From: Gemmiger sp. | GTDB taxonomy: Bacteria; Bacillota; Clostridia; Oscillospirales; Ruminococcaceae | Length of the DNA: 63,850 nucleotides | Reading direction: 5' to 3' | Assembly (NCBI GenBank): GCA_963629755.1 | Contig: CAVGKH010000001.1 | Location: forward strand, 1 to 63,850 | Shown: positions 43,795 through 51,283 of the stretch, piece after piece | How positions within the stretch are numbered: the first letter of the stretch is position 1 | How the letters are laid out: every line of letters starts with the position of its first letter | Position numbers and translations under genes: made by a program | Notes under the pieces: model-generated | What the model saw: only the letters and a program-made list of their open reading frames with translations | Database searches by the model: none | What the model was told of the DNA's origin: nothing

Positions 43795-45021
43795 ATGAGT
43801 AACAACACGACCCCCGCCGCCAAGCCGAGCCGCTCGGTCATGTTTGGCGCAGCCTTTCTGATGGCTACTTCGGCCATCGGCCCCGGATTTTTGACCCAGA
43901 CCTCCAAATTCACTGCCACCTACGGCAGCAGCCTGATCTCGGTGATCCTGGTAGTCATCTGCATGGATATCATCGCCCAGATGAATATCTGGTCGGTGGT
44001 AAGCGTTTCGGGCATGCGCGCACAGGATGTTGCCAACAAGGTGCTGCCTGGCCTTGGCTATGTGGTAGCCGTTCTGGTAGCCATCGGCGGCCTGGCCTTT
44101 AACATTGGCAATGTGGGCGGCGTGGCCCTGGGCATGAACGCCATGTTCGGCTTGAACGAGCGCTTGGGCGCTATCGTTGCAGGCTGCCTTGGCATTCTGA
44201 TCTTCGTAAACAAAAACGCAAAAACCATTATGGATAAGGTCGCCACCATTCTGGCTGCCATCATTCTGATCACCGTAGCTGTTGTGGCCGTTATGTCTAA
44301 GCCTTCTGTGGGTGAAGTAGTCACCAAGATCATCCCCGATGATTTCCCGAGCATGTTTGCAGCCATGACCACCCTGCTGGGCGGCAGCTGCGGCGGCTAT
44401 ATTGCCTTCTCGGGTGCACACCGCCTGCTGGATGCCGGTGTTTCCGGCCCCGAAAATGTGGGCCATGTGCGCAAGAGCGTACTGCAGGGCTGCGGCACCT
44501 CCGGCATTGTTCGTATCCTGATGTTCCTGGCTGTTCTGGGCACCTGCGGCCTGGCTGCCGATAACGCCGCCACCATTCTGGCTGCCTCCAACCCCGCTGC
44601 CGAGGCCTTCCGCCTGGCTGCTGGCAACCTGGGCTACCGTTTGTTCGGCCTGTGCCTGTTCAGCGCCGGTATCTCTTCTGTTGTGGGCGCTGCCTTTACC
44701 TCGGTTTCTTTCCTCAAGACTCTGCACCCCTTTATTGCCAAGTATGAGCGCCAGTTCGTGATTGGCTTCATCGCTTTCTCCACGCTGGTCATGGCCATTA
44801 TGGGCGGCGCTGCCGGCCTGCTGGTGGTTGCCGGTGCCGTGAATGGTCTGATTTTGCCCATCACTCTGGGCACCATGCTGGCCGCCTGCCGCAACAAGAG
44901 CATCGTGGGCGAAAACTACAAGCACCCCACCATTCTCATCATTCTGGGCATTCTGGTCGCTCTGATCGCCGCCTACACTGGCATCAAGGCTGTGCCCAGC
45001 ATTATGAAGCTGTTTGCATAA
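43795..45021 (+). CDS. NRAMP-like membrane transporter (YcsG-like)
   Basis: 408 aa from ATG 43795 (GAAGGAG RBS), 11-12 TM helices. Same position as ycsG in the Bacillus ycsF-ycsG-ycsI-kipI-kipA arrangement. Confidence 0.65.
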   Translation: MSNNTTPAAKPSRSVMFGAAFLMATSAIGPGFLTQTSKFTATYGSSLISVILVVICMDIIAQMNIWSVVSVSGMRAQDVANKVLPGLGYVVAVLVAIGGLAFNIGNVGGVALGMNAMFGLNERLGAIVAGCLGILIFVNKNAKTIMDKVATILAAIILITVAVVAVMSKPSVGEVVTKIIPDDFPSMFAAMTTLLGGSCGGYIAFSGAHRLLDAGVSGPENVGHVRKSVLQGCGTSGIVRILMFLAVLGTCGLAADNAATILAASNPAAEAFRLAAGNLGYRLFGLCLFSAGISSVVGAAFTSVSFLKTLHPFIAKYERQFVIGFIAFSTLVMAIMGGAAGLLVVAGAVNGLILPITLGTMLAACRNKSIVGENYKHPTILIILGILVALIAAYTGIKAVPSIMKLFA

Positions 45022-45071
45022 TGCAGATTTAAAAATTCGTTATTCCTTTCTTTCTTGATTTTGTATTCCGG

Positions 45072-45096
45072 CCCCCGCCCAACTGGGCGGGGGTTT
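45072..45096 (+). terminator. GC hairpin between ycsG-like gene and pxpB (attenuator or partial terminator)
   Basis: CCCCCGCCC AACT GGGCGGGGG followed by only TTT. Confidence 0.4.
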
Positions 45097-45114
45097 GGAG
45101 AAAGGGAAGCTTTT

Positions 45115-45849
45115 ATGGAATCCATTCGCTTTTTAATGGCCGGTGATTCGGCCTTGGTCGCGGAGTTCGGCAATGCCATCACTCCCGAGATCAACGCCCG
45201 TATCCGCGCCTTCAACATTGCGCTTGAGCAGCAAAAGTTGCCCGGCATCATCGAGTTGCTACCCACCTACCGCTCGGTGCTGATCCAGTATGACCCTATG
45301 GTCATCGGCACAGAAAGCTTAAAGGCAAAGCTTTCTAAAATTGCCGAAAACCTTGATAACATCGTTATTCCTCCCGCACAGGTGGTGGAGCTACCGGTTT
45401 TGTACGGCGGCGAGATGGGCCCCGACCTTGGCTTTGTGGCCGAGCACGCCGGAATTACCCCCGAAGAGGTCATCAAGCTGCATACCGAGCCGGAATATCT
45501 GATCTACATGCTGGGCTTCACCCCCGGTTTTACCTATCTGGGCGGCCTGAATGATAAAATTCATACCCCGCGCCTTACACAGCCGCGCGTAAAAATCCCC
45601 GGCGGCTCGGTGGGCATTGCGAGCAGCCAGACCGGCGTATACCCCATCGACTCTCCCGGCGGCTGGCAGCTGATCGGCCGCACCCCGGTAAAAATGTACG
45701 ACCCCAACCGTGCCGAGCCCATTCTGCCGCGCGCGGGGCAGTATATCAAGTTCCGTGCCATCGATCAAGCCGAATTTGACAAGATCTCACAAGAGGTCGA
45801 GCAAGGCACTTATAAGTGTGTGAGCTACCCCAGAAAGGAGGCCGAATAA
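45115..45849 (+). CDS. pxpB: 5-oxoprolinase subunit B (KipI/allophanate hydrolase subunit 1 family)
   Basis: 244 aa from ATG 45115. GDSALVAEFG..INARI and GFTPGFTYLGGL motifs. Confidence 0.85.
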   Translation: MESIRFLMAGDSALVAEFGNAITPEINARIRAFNIALEQQKLPGIIELLPTYRSVLIQYDPMVIGTESLKAKLSKIAENLDNIVIPPAQVVELPVLYGGEMGPDLGFVAEHAGITPEEVIKLHTEPEYLIYMLGFTPGFTYLGGLNDKIHTPRLTQPRVKIPGGSVGIASSQTGVYPIDSPGGWQLIGRTPVKMYDPNRAEPILPRAGQYIKFRAIDQAEFDKISQEVEQGTYKCVSYPRKEAE

Positions 45850-45850
45850 T

Positions 45851-46798
45851 ATGAGCATCACCGTTTTGAATCCCGGCCTGCTCACTACCGTGCAGGATCA
45901 GGGCCGCTGGGGTTACCAGCAGTTCGGTGTGCCCGTTTCGGGCGCATGCGACCCACACTCGGCCGCCATGGCCAATATTTTTGTAAGCAACGACCCCGGC
46001 GAGGGCGTTTTGGAATGCACCCTGATGGGCCCGCAGCTGCGCTTTGACTGCGATGAAGTGATTGCCATTACCGGCGGCGATTTAAGCCCTAGCCTGGACG
46101 GGAAGCCCATTGCCACTTATGCCGCTGTAGAGGTAAAGGCTGGGCAGACCCTGCGCTTTGGCGCCCCCAAGGCCGGATGCCGCGCCTATCTGGCTGTGGC
46201 AGGCGGTTTTGGTATTTCCGAAGTGATGGGCAGTCAGTCTACCTACATGAAAGCTGCTCTTGGCGGCTTTGAGGGTCGCAAGCTTCAAAAGGGCGATGTG
46301 CTGGGGCTCAAGGCCCCTGTGGCTACCTTCAGCAACCTGCGCCAGCGCTGCATTTCGCCCGAGTTCCGCCCGCGCCCTGTATATACCCTGCGCGTGATCT
46401 TGGGCCCGCAGGACGATGCCTTTACCGAAAAGGGTATTGCCGACTTTTTGGGCAGCGAATACACTGTGACCCAGGAATTTGACCGCATGGGCTGCCGTAT
46501 GGAGGGCCCCGTGATCGAACACAAAAACGGCGGCGATATTATTTCTGACGGCATTGCCTTCGGCGCCATTCAGGTGCCTGGCGCAGGCAAGCCCATTTTG
46601 ATGCTAGCCGACCACCAGACCACCGGCGGCTACACTAAGATTGCCAATGTGATCACGGCCGATTTCCGTTTGGCCGGGCAGTTAAAAGGCGGCGACAAGG
46701 TGCACTTTGAAAAAGTAAGCACTGCCCAGGCACAGGAGCTTCTGCGCTGCCAGCGCGCCAGCCGCAAGCTGCTGGCCTATGTGGTAAACGCACACTGA
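45851..46798 (+). CDS. pxpC: 5-oxoprolinase subunit C (KipA/allophanate hydrolase subunit 2 family)
   Basis: 315 aa. GLLTTVQDQGRWGYQQFGVPVSGA and HQTTGGYTKIA motifs. Confidence 0.85.
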   Translation: MSITVLNPGLLTTVQDQGRWGYQQFGVPVSGACDPHSAAMANIFVSNDPGEGVLECTLMGPQLRFDCDEVIAITGGDLSPSLDGKPIATYAAVEVKAGQTLRFGAPKAGCRAYLAVAGGFGISEVMGSQSTYMKAALGGFEGRKLQKGDVLGLKAPVATFSNLRQRCISPEFRPRPVYTLRVILGPQDDAFTEKGIADFLGSEYTVTQEFDRMGCRMEGPVIEHKNGGDIISDGIAFGAIQVPGAGKPILMLADHQTTGGYTKIANVITADFRLAGQLKGGDKVHFEKVSTAQAQELLRCQRASRKLLAYVVNAH

Positions 46799-46808
46799 TT
46801 TTTCTTTG

Positions 46809-47161
46809 AAATTGGGGTTTGTGTTCCCCAGGTCGAACGGGCACCATGTGGTTCGTCACGGTTGGCCTTTGGCCAAATGTTCCTCACCGCATAGTGCCCG
46901 TTCTCAGATAAACCTGCGCAAAAATTTTATGCTTATTTGTAGGGGCTTGCATTGCAAGCCCGCTCACAAAGCACAGCATGTCGATAAAATAATACGAAAC
47001 GCCCTGGCTGGCCTGCAATGCAGGCCCCTACTGGCTCGTTTATAATGTTTCTGCAAAACCAAGGGCTGACCCCCTTGTGCCGAGGAACTCTTGGCCGAAC
47101 GGTCAACCCGTGACGAGGTATAAGGGGGTCAGCCCGAACGGCGTTGCCCAAACCCAAATTT
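46809..47161 (+). repeat. nested-hairpin repeat family, copy B (full length, about 353 bp)
   Basis: Terminal inverted repeat AAATTGGGGTTTG (46809) / CAAACCCAAATTT (47149). Hairpin 1 GAACGGGCAC (46835) / GTGCCCGTTC (46894). Hairpin 2 GGGCTGACCCCCTT (47063) / AAGGGGGTCAGCCC (47122). Confidence 0.8.
46939..47031. repeat. inverted pair of REP-like palindromes inside copy B
   Basis: GTAGGGGCTTGCATTGCAAGCCC (46939-46961) and, in reverse complement, GTAGGGGCCTGCATTGCAGGCC (47010-47031). Each is a self-complementary 7-8-bp hairpin. Confidence 0.7.
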
Positions 47162-47201
47162 TCCGATCTCTGTGATTCTATTATTAAGGAGGATATTCAC
47201 C

Positions 47202-48023
47202 ATGGCTTTTGATATCACCCCGTATATCCACGAAACCCCCGAAAAGGTTCGCCAGATCATTCGCGAGGGCAAGATTGATTTTCCCACGGCCGGTATGTGC
47301 GCCGGATATGCCCAGGCCAACCTGGTGATTCTGCCGCCCGAATACGCCGCCGATTTTGAAGAATATACCAAGCTGAACCCCTTCCCCTGCCCGGTGCTGG
47401 AGATCGTAAAAGATACCCCCATCACGCACGCCATGGGCGAGGGCGGCAATATTGTAACGGATATTCCCCGCTACCGTATTTATGAAAACGGCGTATTCAC
47501 CAAAGAAGTGACCGATGCCAGCGAATACTGGAAGCCCGGCTATGTGGGCTTTTTGATTGGCTGCAGCTTCAGCTTTGAAGAAGCGCTGATCCGCGAGGGC
47601 ATCGAGGTTCGCCACATCACCATGGGCTGCAATGTGCCCATGTTTAAAACCAACATTGCCACCAAGAAGGCCGGGCCTTTTGAGGGCCCCATGGTGGTGA
47701 GCATGCGCCCCATGACCCCCGAGCATGCCGAGATTGCACGCAAAATCACCGAGGCCATGCCCAATGTGCACGGCGCACCCGTAGAGATCGGCGACCCGGC
47801 CCGCATTGGCATCAAAGATGTGATGAAGCCCGATTACGGCGACCCTGTAGAGATCCGCGAAGGCGAGATCCCCGTATTCTGGCCCTGCGGCGTTACCCCG
47901 CAGGCTGCCATTGAAAATGCCAAGCTGCCCATCGTGATCACCCACGCGCCCGGCCATATGTTCATTACCAGCGTTTTGAACAGTGAGCTGAACGATTATC
48001 TGGAAGCACAGAAGAAAAAGTAA
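47202..48023 (+). CDS. DUF1445 family putative hydro-lyase (YcsI-like)
   Basis: 273 aa from ATG 47202 (AAGGAGG RBS). GMCAGYAQANLVILP motif. Confidence 0.75.
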   Translation: MAFDITPYIHETPEKVRQIIREGKIDFPTAGMCAGYAQANLVILPPEYAADFEEYTKLNPFPCPVLEIVKDTPITHAMGEGGNIVTDIPRYRIYENGVFTKEVTDASEYWKPGYVGFLIGCSFSFEEALIREGIEVRHITMGCNVPMFKTNIATKKAGPFEGPMVVSMRPMTPEHAEIARKITEAMPNVHGAPVEIGDPARIGIKDVMKPDYGDPVEIREGEIPVFWPCGVTPQAAIENAKLPIVITHAPGHMFITSVLNSELNDYLEAQKKK

Positions 48024-48035
48024 TTTTGTTTTCAC

Positions 48036-48075
48036 CGCCGCCCCTGCATGGTATACGCAGAGGCGGCGTTTTTTT
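48036..48075 (+). terminator. intrinsic terminator of the pxp cluster
   Basis: CGCCGCCCCTGC/GCAGAGGCGGCG stem followed by TTTTTTT. Confidence 0.8.
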
Positions 48076-48084
48076 GTTGTGCAT

Positions 48085-48208
48085 AAATTAGGGCTGTATG
48101 CAGCACCATTCGGGCAGACTCCCTTATGCCTCGTCACGGGTTGGCCGCAAGGCCAACCGTGACGAACCACATGGCGGCCATTTGCCCCTATACTCGCGCC
48201 CCCAATTT
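48085..48208 (-). repeat. nested-hairpin repeat family, copy C (compact, inverted, about 124 bp)
   Basis: Ends AAATTAGGGCTG (48085) / CCCCCAATTT (48199). Central hairpin GTCACGGGTTGGCC GCAA GGCCAACCGTGAC (48133-48163). The reverse complement aligns with both ends of copy B, with the inner ~200 nt missing. Confidence 0.75.
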
Positions 48209-48308
48209 TCCCTTATGCATCACAGAAATATCACTTTACATTTTCGGTTTGTACCGTTACAATGGCGGTATAGAACGCTTTTTATTTTTATACCAAGGAA
48301 CATATTTT

Positions 48309-48785
48309 ATGGAGCCTATTTTGCGCCAAACCATTCGTCAGCTGGCCCGTGAGGGCCGCTTTTCGCAGGAAAAGCAATATTTTCAGCATGGGCACACCAG
48401 CGTATATGCCCACAGCGTGCGTGTGGCGGCCTGCAGCTTAAAGCTGAGCCGCGCTCTGCGCTTAAAAACCGACCGCCGGGCCCTCGTGCGCGGCGCACTG
48501 CTGCACGATTATTTTTTGTACGATTGGCATGAATCCAGCGGCGGGCACCGCCTGCACGGATTTTTTCACCCCGGCCGCGCTCTGCGCAACGCCAGGCAGG
48601 ACTATGCGCTTTCTCCCCGTGAGGAAAACATTATCCATCGGCACATGTTTCCCCTAACGCCTATGCCGCCCACCACGCGCGAGGCGTGGCTGGTATGCCT
48701 GGCCGATAAATACTGCGCTGCTGCCGAAACCATGCAGCCGCTGAAAAAAAGCCGCCTGTTTCAAAAGTTAGCTTCTTACATGTAA
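48309..48785 (+). CDS. HD domain phosphohydrolase
   Basis: 158 aa from ATG 48309. HSVRVA .. LLHDYFLYDWH motifs. Confidence 0.65.
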   Translation: MEPILRQTIRQLAREGRFSQEKQYFQHGHTSVYAHSVRVAACSLKLSRALRLKTDRRALVRGALLHDYFLYDWHESSGGHRLHGFFHPGRALRNARQDYALSPREENIIHRHMFPLTPMPPTTREAWLVCLADKYCAAAETMQPLKKSRLFQKLASYM

Positions 48786-48788
48786 AAA

Positions 48789-48836
48789 CGCTGCCCGGCC
48801 TACTGTTACCAGTGAGCCGGGCGGCGCTGTTTTATT
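48789..48836 (+). terminator. intrinsic terminator
   Basis: CGCTGCCCGGC/GCCGGGCGGCG stem followed by CTGTTTTATTTT. Confidence 0.65.
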
Positions 48837-49592
48837 TTAGTTGGCCGGAGCAATATCATTCAGCACATAAGGCAGAAAATACAAAAGCTGCTTTTTCCAC
48901 CAGGGCCAATCGTGCGAAACATCTGTGCCCCAGTAATCTACCCAGGCCGGAATACCCTTTTGCTGCAAAGCGGCGTTCATGCGGCGCGTGCCTTCCAGCA
49001 ACGGGCCCTCCCAATCGCCTTGGCCCACGCACAGAATGATCTTGCTGCGGGCATACAGCTCACGGTAGGGGTGATCCCACGGCATGCCGCGCAGGCAGGC
49101 GCACGGATCGTTGGCATACACAAGTTCGTCCATATAACCACCGAAAAACTCCTGCGTATCATAAATGCCGGAAAGCGCGATCACACTGTCAAAAATATCC
49201 GGGCGGCGAAAGAAGAAGTTGGCCGCATGATAGGCCCCCATCGAGCAGCCTGTAGCAAGCAGCTTACGGTTTGTGCCGTTGATCTGCTTTATGCGCGGCA
49301 CCAGCTCGTCTATTACATAATTATAATAGGCCTCCTGCCCGCGGATGCGCTCGGCTGGGTCGCCGGGGGCAAACAGCGTTTCGTTGTCGATACTGTCCAC
49401 GCAGAAAAGCTGGATCTGCCCGCTTTCCAGATAGTCGTGCAGCGTATCCACCATGCCGAAATTTTCCCAGTCGTAAAAGCGGCCCGCCTGGCAGGGCACG
49501 GCCAGCACCGGCTTGCCGCCCCGGCCATACACCTTAAATTCCATATCCCGCGCAAGGGAAAAGCTATATTCCTTGTAGTAGTCTACCTTCAT
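48837..49592 (-). CDS. esterase family (alpha/beta hydrolase) protein
   Basis: 251 aa from ATG 49592 (AAGGGGAG RBS). Nucleophile elbow GCSMG. Resembles the putative esterase/esterase D family. Confidence 0.65.
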   Translation of the reverse strand: MKVDYYKEYSFSLARDMEFKVYGRGGKPVLAVPCQAGRFYDWENFGMVDTLHDYLESGQIQLFCVDSIDNETLFAPGDPAERIRGQEAYYNYVIDELVPRIKQINGTNRKLLATGCSMGAYHAANFFFRRPDIFDSVIALSGIYDTQEFFGGYMDELVYANDPCACLRGMPWDHPYRELYARSKIILCVGQGDWEGPLLEGTRRMNAALQQKGIPAWVDYWGTDVSHDWPWWKKQLLYFLPYVLNDIAPAN

Positions 49593-49680
49593 GCAGATCT
49601 CCCCTTTCTTCGTTATTTTAATGGTAGCATAAATCCTGCAAAAGCACAATCGATAAAGCGCTTTTCCTGCTGGCCTCTTC

Positions 49681-49708
49681 TTGCATTTTGGCGCGGAAAA
49701 ACTATAAT
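49681..49708 (+). promoter_or_regulatory. putative promoter of the ATP-grasp gene
   Basis: TTGCAT, 16 nt, TATAAT (49703-49708). Confidence 0.45.
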
Positions 49709-49816
49709 AAAAGCAAAGGCAGCACCGCCTTACCGGCGGCGGATGCCCAAAGATCACTTACCGCCACAGCTGGCGGCGGCGCTTTTGCGCGCCGGTTAGA
49801 AAGGATGTAGTAAACC

Positions 49817-51052
49817 GTGAATTTTGTGTTCATATCCCCCAATTTTCCCGAGAGCTTTCGCTGGTTTTGCGTGCATCTCAAAGAAAACGGTGTAAATGTG
49901 CTGGGCTTGGGCGATGCCCCTTACGACAGCCTGGCCCCCGAGCTTAAAAATGCTCTTACAGAATATTACCGGGTAGACAGTCTGGAAAATTACGATCAGG
50001 TGCTGCGCGGTGTTGGCTATTTTACGGGCCGCTACGGCAAAATGGATTGGATCGAAAGCAACAACGAGTATTGGCTGGAGCTGGATGCCGCCCTGCGCAC
50101 CGATTTCAACATTACCACCGGCCTGAAAAAAGAGGAGATCACCCGCTATAAAAGCAAGCTAGCCATGAAAAAATATTTTGCCAAGGCCGGTATTCCCACC
50201 GCGCGCTGCACCCGGGCCTCTACGCTGGCAAAGGCCATGAGCTTTGCCGCCGAAGTGGGATACCCCATGGTGGCTAAGCCCGATAACGGCGTAGGCGCCA
50301 ATGGCACCTTTAAGATCATGGGCGAACAGCAGCTGCGTGCCTTTTTTGCCGATAAGCCGGGCCAGCCTTATCTTTTGGAAGAATATATCACCGGCGAAGT
50401 GACCACCTATGACGGCGTGTGCAATTCTAAGGGTGAAGTGCTGTTTGCCGCCAGCCATATCACCCCCGGCAGCATTATGGATATGCTCAACGAGGGTGCG
50501 CCCACCTATTATTATGTAGATAAAGCCATGCCCGCCGATGTAGAAAAAGCCGGCAGGGCGGTTTTGGCTGCCTTCGATGTGCGCTCGCGCGCATTCCATC
50601 TGGAATTTTTCCGCCTTACCGAGGCAAAGCGCGGCCTGGGCGAAGCGGGCAATCTCGTGGCGCTGGAAGTAAACATGCGCCCCGCCGGGGGCTACACACC
50701 CGATATGATCAATTTCAGCCAGAGCAGCGATATGTATCAGATCTGGGCCGACATGGTAGCCTTTGACGAATGCCGCCACACCTACGAGGGCCCCAAGAGC
50801 TACTGTGTGTATGTGGGCCGCCGCGACAGTGTGCCCTATGCCCTTACCCTGCCCCAGCTGCAGGCCGAAGCCGGAAAGCACGGCAAGCTGTTTGCCCGCA
50901 TGCCCGCAGCCATTGCGGGTGCTATGGGCAATCAGGCCGCTATTGCCTGCTTTGACACTCTGCCCGAGGTAAAGGCCTTTGTAAAGCGCGCCTTTGCCCC
51001 CGCCCCCAAAATGCTGGCTGCCCCAGCCAAAAAGCCCCGCCGCAAAAAGTAA
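49817..51052 (+). CDS. ATP-grasp domain protein (carboxylate-amine ligase type), substrate unknown
   Basis: 411 aa, GTG start. KSKLAMKKYFAKAGIPTARC, YPMVAKPDNGVGA and LEEYITGE motifs of the ATP-grasp fold. Lys/Arg-rich C-terminal tail. Confidence 0.7.
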   Translation: MNFVFISPNFPESFRWFCVHLKENGVNVLGLGDAPYDSLAPELKNALTEYYRVDSLENYDQVLRGVGYFTGRYGKMDWIESNNEYWLELDAALRTDFNITTGLKKEEITRYKSKLAMKKYFAKAGIPTARCTRASTLAKAMSFAAEVGYPMVAKPDNGVGANGTFKIMGEQQLRAFFADKPGQPYLLEEYITGEVTTYDGVCNSKGEVLFAASHITPGSIMDMLNEGAPTYYYVDKAMPADVEKAGRAVLAAFDVRSRAFHLEFFRLTEAKRGLGEAGNLVALEVNMRPAGGYTPDMINFSQSSDMYQIWADMVAFDECRHTYEGPKSYCVYVGRRDSVPYALTLPQLQAEAGKHGKLFARMPAAIAGAMGNQAAIACFDTLPEVKAFVKRAFAPAPKMLAAPAKKPRRKK

Positions 51053-51176
51053 CCCTGCAAGGCCCGGCAATGTCCGCACGGCCCCAGATACCTGCACAGA
51101 CAGGCCTCCGGGGCTGTTTTTATGCGCCAAATTTTGCCAAGGGTTTTGTTTTTTGCTGATTTTGCCTCAAAAAGCA

Positions 51177-51193
51177 TAGACAAAATTTGTCTA
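51177..51193. promoter_or_regulatory. perfect 17-bp palindrome at the permease promoter
   Basis: TAGACAAA-A-TTTGTCTA. The left arm doubles as a -35-like TAGACA, with TAGACT 18 nt downstream. Confidence 0.45.
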
Positions 51194-51283
51194 ATCATGC
51201 TAGACTATAGTAAGTGTGCTTTCTGCCCCGTGTACGGTGTATGCCGGGCGGAAATTTGTGTGTGATTTTAGGAGGAAGCTTTC

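Noticed and set aside
46806-47449. Small ORFs of 74-106 aa across the pxpC/DUF1445 spacer. Similar ORFs lie at 48098-48352 and 41056-41310.
   Set aside because: They lie inside the repeat elements, are read from palindromic DNA, and lack RBSs. The same pseudo-peptides recur wherever the repeat occurs.
51053-51283. Expected a purine riboswitch upstream of the AzgA-type permease. The uraA leader at 52655-52738 was also examined.
   Set aside because: The conserved purine-aptamer elements (the UAUAAU-type junction and the loop-loop motifs) are not present. A covariance-model search should confirm this.
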